Positions 51,360 through 64,000 of a DNA stretch of 64,000 nt are shown one piece after another. The notes below the pieces were generated by a model. That model saw nothing but the letters and a program-made list of their open reading frames with translations, was not told the DNA's origin and made no database searches. The stretch's first letter is position 1, and each line of letters starts with the position of its first letter. The position numbers and the translations under genes are program-made. This DNA is from Octopus sinensis. Lineage: Eukaryota. The stretch spans positions 33,294,001-33,358,000 of the forward strand of contig NC_043007.1 in NCBI RefSeq assembly GCF_006345805.1, in the 5' to 3' direction.

Positions 51360-52305
51360 GGTACTCAATGTGGTTAACCCCGAATCAACCCGGGACCTAC
51401 ATATATATATATATATATATATACATATATACATAAACCCAGAATGACTGAGTTACAGCAGCCATGTCCTATGGGCAACATGCCAATGAATTCAATGCAA
51501 CCTGCCACGACCATCACCCCTACCACCTTCACCGGAGACATTAAGTAATATAAACATGTACCAAACATAGTTCATGACAACAAGGCTGTCTAGAATGACA
51601 AGGAGATTAGGATAAACCATCCAGATGTAATTATCAGCTCCTACAGATAATAAGATAGCCCCTACTTTCTCAATCCTGCTTCAACGCAGGCTTGTTTATT
51701 TAACCATCTTCCATTTCATGTTGTATTGTTATTTAACATGTTTGCTGTGTGTTTTTGTTTTGTTTTTGTTGTTGCTTTTGTGTGTGTGTGCATGTGTGTG
51801 AGTGTGTGTGTCTCATCTCACATTCTGTCACCTTGTACATTTGGACATGCATCTATCATTATTACGGCTGTTTTGTCCCCCCCCCTTCCTCGCCTACTCC
51901 GCCACCACTACTTCCACCACAACCAACCAAAGATGATATCTCGTGCAACATTCATGTGCAGAAACACAGTAAGAGTTAATGGCTTATGGCTTCAGTCAAA
52001 TAAATAAGTTATACTTTAACGCTTCTGTTGAATGCTTCATAGACACACAAACAGACACACCACACATACATATATATGCACATACAGACACACATATGCA
52101 AGCACAGACATACACACGCCTATATAGCTATGGTTTTGTGGTAAAGAAGTTTGTTTTGTAAATGTGGTTTCAGGTTTTGTCACACTGCAGGACGTCTTGA
52201 GGTATCTTCTGTTATAACTTCTTTTGTATCCTGGCATGTGCATGTGTGTGAGTGAGTATGTATACACACACACACATATAATATATATATATATGTATGT
52301 ATATG

Positions 52306-52392
<87 letters not shown>

Positions 52393-52680
52393 ATGTATAT
52401 ATATATATAATTATAATTAAGGGTTAATTGCAACAAGTTGCTCAAAACCACATACCGAAAATATTAGAAATAGCAGCCAAATTGATCACTATTTCTTCTA
52501 CTAATAAAAAATCTCCACAAACAAACAAATAGAATTTGTAACCTGCATATGGCAAAAAAGGAAGAAAATAACGAAATCCCAGCCTATGGATTAAGTATAG
52601 ACGAATCGTTTCTGGATTAGAACCGAAGGCTCATTTCCTTGTCAATATAATATTTCCTATAAATCTAGAAATGCTAGGGG

Positions 52681-52724
52681 AAAAACTCACCCGCTTCACC
52701 TGCAGGTGTAGCGGGTGAGTTTTT
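52681..52724. repeat. 44-nt hairpin/palindrome with one T-T mismatch
   Basis: AAAAACTCACCCGCT-T-CACCTGCAGGTG-T-AGCGGGTGAGTTTTT. Confidence 0.9.
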
Positions 52725-52811
52725 TGTGTAAATGTGATGGAATTTGCCTCTCATTTTGTTCATTCCTGCAGGGTGTGATGTTAGTGAATCACAAATTTAT
52801 CCTCATGTCAC

Positions 52812-53085
52812 CTTACTGGCACCTGTGCCGGTGGCATGTGTAAAAAGATTCGAGCGAGGTCATTGCCAGTACTGCCTGACTGGCTCCTGTGCTGGTGGCA
52901 CATAAAAAGCACCCACTACACTCTCGGAGTGGTTGGCCTTAGGAAGGGCATCCAGCTGTAGAAACTCTGCCAGATCAAGATTGAAGCCTGGTGCAGCCAT
53001 CTGGTTCACCAGCCCTCGATCAAAATCGTCCAACCCATGCTAGCATGGAAAGCGGATGTTAAACGATGATGATGATCATGATGAT
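52812..53085 (+). mobile_element. Family E retroposon
   Basis: Match with (GAT)n tail. Confidence 0.85.
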
Positions 53086-53542
53086 GAGTGAAGGCACATT
53101 ACTCAGTGGTTAGAGCATCAAGTTCAAGCTGTATCAGCCTTTGCTTTCACTTGGATAACATTGGTGGTTTGGAGAGGGGAGACTGTATGCACAGGTAACT
53201 GCTTGTCTTCCACAAACGACATTGCCTGGACTTGTGCCTCGGAGGTGAACTTTCTAGGTGCAATCTCATGGTCCTTCATGCCCAAAGGGGTCTTTACTTT
53301 TTTTACTTTTTTTATATGTTATCAATGAAACACATCAAACTTATAAATATCTGTGTTAGGGTTCAATGAGTTCATTATCGAAATCCTCTATGAACTCTTC
53401 TATTGAAATAGCACATGTAGATAATATAGATCATGATCACTTTCTCTTATAATCTAGACTTTATCACAACAGATAATAGCTCTTACGTATGTTTCGAGTG
53501 CTCCTTTTGACTACCCCTCTTACATTATGTTGCTATTATCTA

Positions 53543-53988
53543 TCTATATCTATAAAACAGTCCTTGGACGAAAATTGTATCCACATTTTGCTTTGACGGA
53601 GGCTAGGATCGAGCTGAAAATTGGCAGGGATACTAAATGCGTGGTGAGGATGAGACCCACGATGGTTAAAATTTGCAAGCTATAAAGATGTGGTTGCTAT
53701 GGCAAAAAGAGGGATTTTTTATCGATTCAAGGGAGTCCAGAGCTCTTCTAGGTTTGTGCGATTGGCTTTTAATGCCCAGCGGCATGCACTGCAGGCTGTT
53801 GTGCTTAATAAACATACATTTTGTCGCGAAATTCCGGCTACTAGGAAATGATTTTTCATTGTGAAAAAGCGAGTGCTTTCTGCCCTCATTTTCTTTTTAA
53901 TTCTTGATAAAATTTTCATTTTTTAAAAATTCCTCATCTTTAAAATGTGGCCTGAGTATACCCGAACGAAATCGGGTTATAATACCAG
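53543..53988 (+). mobile_element. Non-autonomous Helitron
   Basis: A|TCTATATCTATAAAAC start; ACCCGA[ACGAAA]TCGGGT hairpin then CCAG|T (CTAG variant). Confidence 0.7.
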
Positions 53989-54107
53989 TTAAGATATAAA
54001 AGGTGTTTGCTAGTAAAGAAATTATCAACAGGACAATTGAATTATTGGTATATGTTTTGTGCATACGTGTTGATATAAATGTATTTGTGTGTATAGATGT
54101 GTGTGTG

Positions 54108-54424
54108 ACGGCACATGCCTCAGTGGTTAGAGAGTTGGGCTTGCAATCACGAGGTAATGAGTCTAATTCTTGGACCAGGCTGTATGTTATGTCCTTGAGC
54201 AAGACACTTGACTTCACATAGTTCCAGTTCACTCAGCTGTAGAAATGAAGTCACTGGTCTCAGCCTTTGCCTTTTCCTTAGATAACATCGGTGGCATGGA
54301 GAGGGAAGGCTGGTATCCACGGACAATTGCTGGTCTTTCTTAAACGACCTTGCCTGGACTTATGTCTTGGAGGGGAACTTTATCAATGCAATCTCATTGT
54401 CATTCTTGACTCAAAGGGGTCTTT
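54108..54424 (+). mobile_element. CORE-type SINE, tail G (a related internally deleted copy at 53088-53297)
   Basis: Matches the reverse complement of 7131-7468. Confidence 0.8.
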
Positions 54425-54769
54425 TCTTATACATGTGTGTGAACATGTGTAATGTATACATACATGTTCATACTTGCAGATGATATTCTAAACATTAATT
54501 CTGTCTATGTATGTATATTTACATGTCTATAGAAATAATGTACTTGTGTTATTCATTTATATATGACAGGCTTCATATAGTTTCCATTAACCAAATTTAT
54601 TCACAAGGCATTGAGAGGCCCTGTGCTTCAGTAAAAGGCACTTGCTATTGGTACCACACTGTGGAACTGAAACCAGAACTGTGTTTATGAAGCAAAAGCT
54701 TCTTAACCTTACAGCTATCCTGTACCAACAGATGCACACACACACACACACACACACTATATAGATCTA

Positions 54770-54774
54770 TCTAT

Positions 54775-54853
<79 letters not shown>

Positions 54854-54942
54854 CCTACCTACCTACCTACCTGCCTACCTACCTACATACCTGCCTACCT
54901 ACCTATCTACCTATCTATCTATCTATCTATCTATCTACCTAC

Positions 54943-55017
<75 letters not shown>

Positions 55018-55145
55018 CCTATCTGCCTGCCTGTCTGTCTGTCTATCAATATTTCTATCTGTCTATCTATCTGTCTGTCTGCCTATCTATCTGTCTCTCT
55101 GTCTGTATATCTGTCTGTCTATCTGCCTATTTATCTGTCTACCTA
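54770..55145. repeat. (ATCT)/(ACCT)/(GTCT) microsatellite
   Basis: Directly visible. Confidence 0.95.
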
Positions 55146-55311
55146 TCAAAATATGTGAATTATCCTTATCACCTTTTTAAACTCTCCCTGTTTGCATATG
55201 TGTGATGATACTTCATTGTGCAAAATTTTCTACAGCACTATGCCCTTTCTGATGTCAACCCTTGTTTATTTCCATGAGCTAATCATCCCCCAATTCCTCA
55301 AACAAGGAAAT

Positions 55312-55872
55312 TGGTAAAGACTTCCGTCTCCTCCACCCCATCATTTTCTCCCAAATTTGTTTATTTAAAAAATTGTTTTTGTGAAAAATCCCCGTTTTTG
55401 GATATGGAGGTTCTGGAAAATTGCCCAAAATCAGCCTTGTAAAAAATCCCCTCCACATTTTCCCCCCACAACTTCTTCAATTTTGACTTTTTTTCACAAC
55501 ACTAACCCTAAAACTGTAACCCTAAAACCGTAACTGTAAGTACAGAAATGTTTTGAAATTTTTGTCCGAATAATGATGTCCGTATTTTTCTGCATATTTA
55601 GAAAAGAAAAATTTCTTAAAAAAATTTTACAAAGATTTTTGGAAATTTTTTTCAGAATCATAATTTCCGTATCTTTCCACATATTTTTGGAGAGAAAAAA
55701 TTCTAAAAAAAGTTAAAAATGAAGGAAATGGGGGTGGGGGGTAATTTAAAAATTGTCGATTTTTGCCATTTTTTTGCAGATTCGTAAAGCCGAAAAGGGG
55801 TGGGGGTGTAAAAAAGTTTTAAAAACGGGTGGGGTTGTTTTGGGGGGTGGGGGACGGGCGGGAGTCTTGCCA
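55312..55872. mobile_element. Putative MITE with imperfect G/C-rich TIRs
   Basis: TGGTAAAGACTTCCGTCTCCTCCACCCC versus the reverse complement of the right end, TGGCAAGACTCCCGCCCGTCCCCACCCC. Confidence 0.45.
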
Positions 55873-56435
55873 GAAAATGACTGCAAAGAAGCAATGCTGT
55901 CTGAGCAGCAACAGTCTTGTTTACACTCAGCCCACAAATATCAAAATGTGTTGCAATATGCTCTCAGTGACATGTGTGCGCACGCACACACACACAGACA
56001 CACACATGCACACCTACATTATAATCATCATCATCATCATTAACATCATTGTTTCAGCATACACTTTCTCGTGCTTGCATGGGTTGGACGGAATTTTGTT
56101 AGGGCAAATTTTCAATGGTTGGATGCCCTTCCTGTGACCAACTCTTACTTGTTTCCTGGCAAGTTATATATCTTCATGACCAACATGTTTCCATAGAATA
56201 TTATTAGATATGAACGAGGCACTGTTTTGTATGACAACAACTGTCATTTACACCTGTTACACAATGTCAAAACAAGGAAGTACAGACATGCACACACTAT
56301 CTTTCACATATACACACAAACTTACACATATGACCTGTAGCAAAGTGGAGAAAGCTTTGAGGGTGGTAAAAGTACAACATGTAAAACTAAGTGAATAAAA
56401 TAATATGAAAAATTCTAGTGTCTTTTGGGTACTCC

Positions 56436-56480
<45 letters not shown>

Positions 56481-56483
<3 letters not shown>

Positions 56484-56850
56484 TGCGGGAATGGCTGTGT
56501 GATAAGTAGCTTGCTTACCAAACACATGGTCCGAGATTCAGTCCCACTGTGTGACACGTTGGGCAAGTGTCTTCTACTATAGCCTTGAGCTAACCAGAGT
56601 CTTGTGAGTGGATTTGGTAGACAGAAACTGAAAGAAACCCGTCATATATATATATATATGTGTGAGTGTGTGTGTGTGAGTGTGTCTGTTTCTGTCCCCA
56701 CCATCACTCGACAACCAATGTTGGTGTGTTTATATCCCTGTAACTTAGTGGTTCGGCAAAAGAGTCCAACAGAATAAGTACCTGGTTTACAAAAAATAAG
56801 TCTTGGGGTCAATTTGTTTGACTAAATGACTGAAACAAATAAAAGAATAT
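56481..56850 (+). mobile_element. SINE family A
   Basis: Diverged full-length match. Confidence 0.85.
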
Positions 56851-57488
56851 ATATATACAACAGGCTTGTTTCAGTTACTGCCTACCAAATCCACTCCAAG
56901 AATTTGTTTGGTCTGGTGCTACAGTAGAAAACAATTACCCATGTTGTGATGCTATGGGACTCAACCCAAAACCATGTAGCCGAGAGGCAAACTTCTTAAC
57001 CACGTAGCCATGCAAATAAAATGCTTCTTCCAGTTTCCTTCTATCAATTTCACTTATAAGTTATTGGCCAATCTACAGTTACATTCGAGGAAACCAGTTA
57101 GCAGTGTCCATGCAATGAGATTGAACTCCTAATCACATGGTTACAAGGTGGACCACAGATTCCTGATGTAAATATAAACAATGTAGTTAAAAGCTGCTAC
57201 TTGTTTTTTCTTTTCTTTTTTTTTTTTTTTTCTTTTTCTTAATTTTTGTGATGTAAAACACAAACGATTTCAATACCCGGAAACAAGATGTCTCATGAAG
57301 CACTGAACGTTCATAAACAGAAATACATTTAGAGATCAACCAGAAAATAAAACAATATATTAAACTTACAGTTTTAGAGTATTTTCCTCCAACTACTATA
57401 AACGAGAGTTTACAAAACTACTATTGAACACCAAACCAAATTGTTGGTATATATATATATAAACATACTCACGTGCAAGCAAATCATC

Positions 57489-57526
<38 letters not shown>

Positions 57527-57913
57527 GTGTGTGTATATGTGTGTAAGTACACATTCCAATTTATCTATTTTTACTTATTTATTTATTGATATTTAAACAG
57601 ATATGACCACATAGATATGTAATTCCTTGTCTATGTTCACAATAAAGTACATGTATATTTGTATGTGTATGTTTGTATGTGTACATGTATATTTGTATGT
57701 GTGTGTTTGTATGTCTGTGTTTATACGGATGGACACATATCTAAAGGTACATAGTGCTTAATGAATGTAAGGTATGAGATTGCAGTCTTAACGTCATGTT
57801 TACATTCGTACATACATTAGACTCTACGCACTTCTAATAGAAGCTGGTATTGATTGAATTTTTTATGTTTTGTGTATGATTAAACTTGATACACACACAC
57901 AGACACACACACA

Positions 57914-57955
<42 letters not shown>

Positions 57956-58201
57956 CACACATAGGTATAAACATTCATGCATACAAAAATACATATATTT
58001 ACACCTATACACATACACACATGTACATTCAGAACTAAATGAGTCAAACACGAGATGTGACATCAACATTTAAATTAGTATTTAAAAATTTTAATTGCTG
58101 AGTTAATGCTCCAAAATGATAAGAAATGTACATGTGTGTATTTGTGTAGATATGTATATGTGTACCTACATGCATGCATATATATATATATATGTATGTA
58201 T

Positions 58202-58600
58202 GTATTTATATTATAATACATAATGTTATTTGAGAAAATGGGAGCTAGATAAGGGGAAACTGGATCTGGGGTCAGAGATAAATAGATCAAAAATGAGTGA
58301 AAGGTAGAGATAGGGCTCTTTCGTGATAGGATGTCACTTTAAATATAAACATTACTGCTTCAATTTTTATATTTCTCATAAGCACTATAATACAGATGGA
58401 TTATTCTTTTCTTTATTCTTTTATTGGTTCCAGTCATTTGATTGTGGCCATGCTGGAGCACTGCCTTTAGTCGAGCAAATTGAAGCCTAGTACTTAGGTG
58501 TTTATGTACCTGCTAATTTACGGGGACGTAAACACACCAGCATCGGTTGTCAAGCGATGTTGGGGATGCACAAACACGGACACACAAAACATATACACAC

Positions 58601-58680
<80 letters not shown>

Positions 58681-59101
58681 TTATATTATAATACATAATG
58701 TTATTTGAGAAAATGGGAGCTAGATAAGGGGAAACTGGATCTGGGGTCAGAGATAAATAGATCAAAAATGAGTGAAAGGTAGAGATAGGGCTCTTTCGTG
58801 ATAGGATGTCACTTTAAATATAAACATTACTGCTTCAATTTTTATATTTCTCATAAGCACTATAATACAGATGGATTATTCTTTTCCTTTATTCTTTTAT
58901 TGGTTCCAGTCATTTGATTGTGGCCATGCTGGAGCACTGCCTTTAGTCGAGCAAATTGAAAGCCTAGTACTTAGGTGTTTATGTACCTGCTAATTTACGG
59001 GGACGTAAACACACCAGCATCGGTTGTCAAGCGATGTTGGGGATGCACAAACACGGACACACAAAACATATACACACACATACATACATACATACATATA
59101 T

Positions 59102-59158
<57 letters not shown>

Positions 59159-59555
59159 TTATATTATAATACATAATGTTATTTGAGAAAATGGGAGCTA
59201 GATAAGGGGAAACTGGATCTGGGGTCAGAGATAAATAGATCAAAAATGAGTGAAAGGTAGAGATAGGGCTCTTTCGTGATAGGATGTCACTTTAAATATA
59301 AACATTACTGCTTCAATTTTTATATTTCTCATAAGCACTATAATACAGATGGATTATTCTTTTCCTTTATTCTTTTATTGGTTCCAGTCATTTGATTGTG
59401 GCCATGCTGGAGCACTGCCTTTAGTCGAGCAAATTGAAAGCCTAGTACTTAGGTGTTTATGTACCTGCTAATTTACGGGGACGTAAACACACCAGCATCG
59501 GTTGTCAAGCGATGTTGGGGATGTACAAACACGGACACACAAAACATATACACAC

Positions 59556-59620
<65 letters not shown>
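58202..59620. repeat. Tandem triplication, unit about 475-478 bp (unique 210 bp + SINE A tail half + microsatellite)
   Basis: GTATTTATATTATAATAC at 58202, 58677 and 59155; only the last SINE continues to its head (to 59778). Confidence 0.95.
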
Positions 59621-59625
<5 letters not shown>

Positions 59626-59849
59626 CAGGCTTCTTTCAGTTTCTGTCTACCAAATCCACTCACAAGGCTTTGGTCAGCCCAAGGCTATAGTAGAAGACAC
59701 TTGCCCAAGGTGCCACGCAGTGGGACTGAAGCCAGAACCACGTGATTGGTAAGCAAGTTTCTTACCACACAGCCACTCGTTCATGAAATTAAGTTGCATG
59801 TGGCTGGGTACTCCACAGACACATGTAACCTTAATGTAGTTCTCAGTAA

Positions 59850-60123
59850 GCTTCGCAGGTAAGAAACGTGTCTTTAAGCAGTACAAAAACAACAAAAAAT
59901 GGAAGGTGTAGTTATGTACATGTTGATGGAGGAAAAGCAGGACAAAAACTGCTTTATTGATCGCATTCTCACCTGGAATCGCTTTTTGCAATTTTTTCAA
60001 GACTTATACATGTCCAGATACCATCAGTATCTACACATCAAATTTGAGCGCAATCGGATGAAGGATGCCCAAGATCCTAGAAGACATACACACAGACAGA
60101 CAGAATGGATTTTATATAATAGA
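59850..60123 (-). mobile_element. Helitron 5' fragment
   Basis: Minus strand starts A|TCTATTATATAAAATCCATTCTGTCTGTCTGTGTG, the same style as 46621-47133; no clear CTAG end. Confidence 0.55.
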
Positions 60124-61664
60124 TATATATAATTTATATTGTAGGTAGGGTTAAAATCGAAGCTGTATCCTTTTGAAGAACATCTGTATATTTCAGTTTT
60201 CTAATTCTGTATGTAGTTATATTTATGTGAGATATGCATATGAGTTGAAAATTTTGGAAATATCGTTCACAGAATAACCATATATCAGAACAGAAGGCTG
60301 GAAGTTTTTGGTATTATTTATTCACCATTACATGTCTCATTTGCTAACAGGAGTTACAAAATTGTACAAGTAGGATAAACATGTAAAAAACCTCTTATTA
60401 GAAAGGAACATTAACTATGACATAAAGGGATCCATGATAATGGCTCTCTTTATGCATCATTACACAATACTTTTAATTTTAAATGCAATCTTTGCTTTGA
60501 GGAAAAGTATCACATAATTACTTCCAAATTAGAGGTATTAAATTGTAAAAATAATTTTACATTAAAATGTTCTCATAAATATACAAAAGCGTTTAAACTT
60601 TTCAACAGTAAATTACCCATAAATTATAATTGCCTTTCCTATAATCTAATATGCATAATTTTTCTAAAATGTTTTTTACCATTGATAGATAATTAATTAT
60701 CATGACAAAGAATTTTATGTTAATTTTTCATTCTTTCACTATCATCTAGAAGTTGAATACTAAACTGGCTTTTCTGAGAATATTCTTTTTGGATGTGTTT
60801 ATCGAACAGAGATATTTTCTTAGGTCACTTTGGATTTGGCCTATTTTGGATTGCCTTAATATAATGTTGTGTTAGCATATACTTTTGGATATATCAATTT
60901 GACTGGATTATTTCTCCTATTTTGTATATCTAAATATGCTAGCACAATAGAAATAATCATCAGTAATGTGTGGTGTAATGATCAATTAAATATGTAACAT
61001 TCTTCATTCTTGTTCTTGTTGACTTGTACATAGAATTTCTTGAAATTCTTTCCAGTAATATTTAGATTTACTTGTCACACATAACAAATTATCTTGGATA
61101 TTAATTCTACCTGAATTTATTGGTATCTAATTGTTTGATATAATTAACCAAATTCATTTAACACAGTGCTTTATAGATATCTGCCTGGATTTATTAATCC
61201 TTTTTAATTCTTTCATATATATATATGTATAAATGTGTATGTGTGTGTGTGTACACACACCCATACACACACATATATACACATGCATTTGGCTGATGCC
61301 AGTGTTGCATGCTTGGCCTCACAGAGGCAGTAGCAAGTGAATGAGACCTTTTGACAAGTGACTGAGACTTTGGACTAGTGACAGAAACTTTTGGACGAGT
61401 GACCGATACTTTGGTAATGTGCTTGAGAAGACCTATCAAGCCAAGAGAGATTGTAGTCATGGCTGATGCTGGTGTTTAGTAACTAGCATGTAAAAAGCAC
61501 TCACTATAATCATGGAGTGGTTGGCATTAGGGAGGGCATCCAGCAGTAGAAATCATGCCAAATCCGGCTGAAAATTCGTGCAGCTCCTCAGCTTACCAGT
61601 TTTCAGTCAACCCGTCCAACCCATGCCAACATGGAAAATATAATGAGGATGATGATGATGATGA

Positions 61665-61796
<132 letters not shown>

Positions 61797-61880
61797 GAAT
61801 TTACAAAAAAACAAAAGATGAAGGCAGGTGTGTAAACAACAAACAGATGTATTAGTTTAATGCTTGGGAAGTGAGAAAGT

Positions 61881-61916
61881 CTTTTACATTTCAAGCATAC
61901 ACTCTTCGACAGAAAG
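61881..61916 (-). ncRNA. Decayed hammerhead-like motif H1d, in element 61790-61946
   Basis: CTTT-CTGTCGA-A-GAGT[GTAT]GCTT-GAAAT-GT-A-AAAG. Confidence 0.45.
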
Positions 61917-61999
61917 GAACACAGAAATAAATAGGGAGAGAAAATGCACACACACACACACACCTATGTACATATATATACATACACACACACGCATAT

Positions 62000-62046
<47 letters not shown>

Positions 62047-62444
62047 GCGCACGCATATATATATTTGATACAAATAAGAAAATGGAGAAACAAATTTAGT
62101 TTGTTCATCAACTTTTAGATATTAGAATGTTGGATTATTTATTCATTTAACAAAATGAGAACCTCAGTATCATACATATATATCTTATAATTCAATACAT
62201 ATAAGATAAGAATATATATACACGTGCACACACACACACACACACACACATATATAAAGTTTCAGTTTAGTGTTCCGAGTTAAAAGAATTTAGACTCAGT
62301 CGATACTTTCTTATGAAATGCATTTCCTTGCTAATGCGTTCATTTTGGTTAGCATTGTCTTTGAATTTATATAATGGAAAAGTTGTGAATTTAGGAAATT
62401 TGTTGGATGCACATTCATCTAGTTGTTGGCTGACAGAAACGTTG

Positions 62445-62670
62445 GCTGGCAGAAACGTTAGCATGCCAGGCGAAACGACTAGCGGTATTTCGTGTGCCGC
62501 TACGTTCTGAGTTCAAATTCCGCCGAGGTCGACTTTGCCTTTCATCCTTTCGGGGTCGATTAAATAAGTACCAATTATTCACTGGGGTCGATATAATCGA
62601 CTTAATCCGTCTGTCTGTCCTTGTTTGTCCTCTCTGTGTTTAGCCCCTCGTGGGTAGTAAAGAAATAGAT
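62445..62670 (+). mobile_element. SINE family B
   Basis: Full-length, low divergence. Confidence 0.9.
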
Positions 62671-63631
62671 ATTTTCCTGTATCCCGGAATTCTAATTTGA
62701 GATTTGTGCACCGCCATCCTCTGACGTAGGCTGTTTTTTGTTTGTCCAACATATTGCTGTTTGCATCCCAAGCATGTAATTAAGTAAATCAAGTTCTCAT
62801 TTACAACCATCACATGGTGTCAGGATAAAGGTACACACACACATGCGTGCCCATCCAGCTAGGGGGGTACACATACGCCACAGAAACCGGGAAACTGGGC
62901 CCATGAGCCTGGCTAGGCTTGAAAAGTGCACATAAATAAATAAAATGCTTATATGTACACATGTATTCTTTTGTGTGTGTATGTATATGCATGCACATGT
63001 GTATGCATAAGCATAAAATATCTGTTTATTTTGCATTTATTTCTTCCACTGTAATTTTTTTATGTCATATCTAACAAATAATTAAAATTAATTTTAATTA
63101 ATTCTTGTTCTCTAAGAATAATGACAAAAAAATTAAATGCTGTTAGATTCACATAGTAAACATTTTCCAACACTGATATTTAATTTCTCATTATAAACAA
63201 AAAATATATTTAGAATCTAGAATAAAAAAGAATTTTCAGTAATTTGCATGGATTTTCAAAATTTCAAGTTGAACATTGATAGAATATTATTCCTGCATCA
63301 GGGATGTTGTTTCTGTTATTTCTGCATGCAAAGACATATAAGCCTATATCCAGAAAAAGACCACCGGACTGTTTCTGATTACCATGGAATCACACACCAA
63401 CACATTCCAAGTCAAACAACAGCATCTTTGTGAGGGTGTTCACTGTGCTAAAAATAGCAGCCAAATCTTTCTTGATTTAATCCCTACTGTCTTACAAAAG
63501 TGGATGCATTGCATAATGTTGCCCAGTCTTTTGTGAACATAAGAAAAAGATAATTAGATCATGGTTGGAAAGAAAGCCTTTGCTCATAGGTCTTCTCAGA
63601 CAAGGCTGACCTAGAGTTAAGCAACTACAGT

Positions 63632-63875
63632 AGGGGCACGTGGCTTAGTGTTGGTTAGGCTGTTGGACTCATGATCATAAGATTGTGGTTTCAATTCCTG
63701 GACAGGGTGACGCATTGTGTTCTTGAGCAAAACACTTCATTTCACATTGCTCCAGGCCACTCAGCTGGCAAAAATGGGTAATCCTTAATCCTATGACAGA
63801 CCAGTGTCCTCTCCAGGTGGGGAATATATACACCATGCAAACTGGGAAACCGACCCTTATGAGTTGGTATAACTT
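63632..63875 (+). mobile_element. CORE-type SINE, tail F
   Basis: Matches the reverse complement of 3105 and 29620. Confidence 0.8.
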
Positions 63876-64000
63876 GAGAAGGTAACCTCACCTAGAAGAT
63901 AACTAAGCAACTACAACAACTGCCTTTTCTAACACTACCATAGTCGCCAATACAGTGAGGAAAAGAAAGATATTGTAAGGTAGCAAGCTGGCAGAAACAT

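Noticed and set aside
51442-51550. Short ORF MTELQQPCPMGNMPMNSMQPATTITPTTFTGDIK*
   Set aside because: Protein-like but only 34 codons, other frames are also open, and there is no good acceptor.
55500-55540. TAACCC telomere-like motifs
   Set aside because: Only two spaced copies inside a putative MITE; not an interstitial telomere array.

Overview
AT-rich, microsatellite-saturated eukaryotic DNA. The repeat repertoire (tRNA-headed SINEs, CORE-type SINEs, (TA)n/(TG)n/(ATT)n tracts) looks like Octopus or another coleoid cephalopod; this is my inference and is not confirmed. No intact protein-coding gene can be supported. Nearly all listed ORFs are microsatellite or SINE read-throughs, and only a few candidate exons remain. 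Identifiable content: dozens of SINE copies from about 5 module-sharing families, LINE fragments (RTE 3' end, R4/Dong-type RLE domain, APE endonuclease), two complete-ended non-autonomous Helitrons plus one fragment, mariner/hAT/piggyBac-type MITEs, microsatellite-bounded tandem duplications, and an 852-bp near-perfect palindrome. Main discovery: about 11 minimal type-I hammerhead-ribozyme-like motifs (CUGANGA...GAAAC-[palindrome]-GUH) from at least 6 unrelated short elements, nearly all docked on (TA)n/(TG)n tracts, as expected for Penelope-like pLTR remnants or retrozymes. One has a GUC cleavage triplet and sits in a 466-nt 1.5-mer direct repeat whose copies start at the predicted cleavage site, the footprint expected of a circular-RNA (retrozyme-like) insertion. 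All folds and alignments were done by eye; repeat boundaries are approximate.
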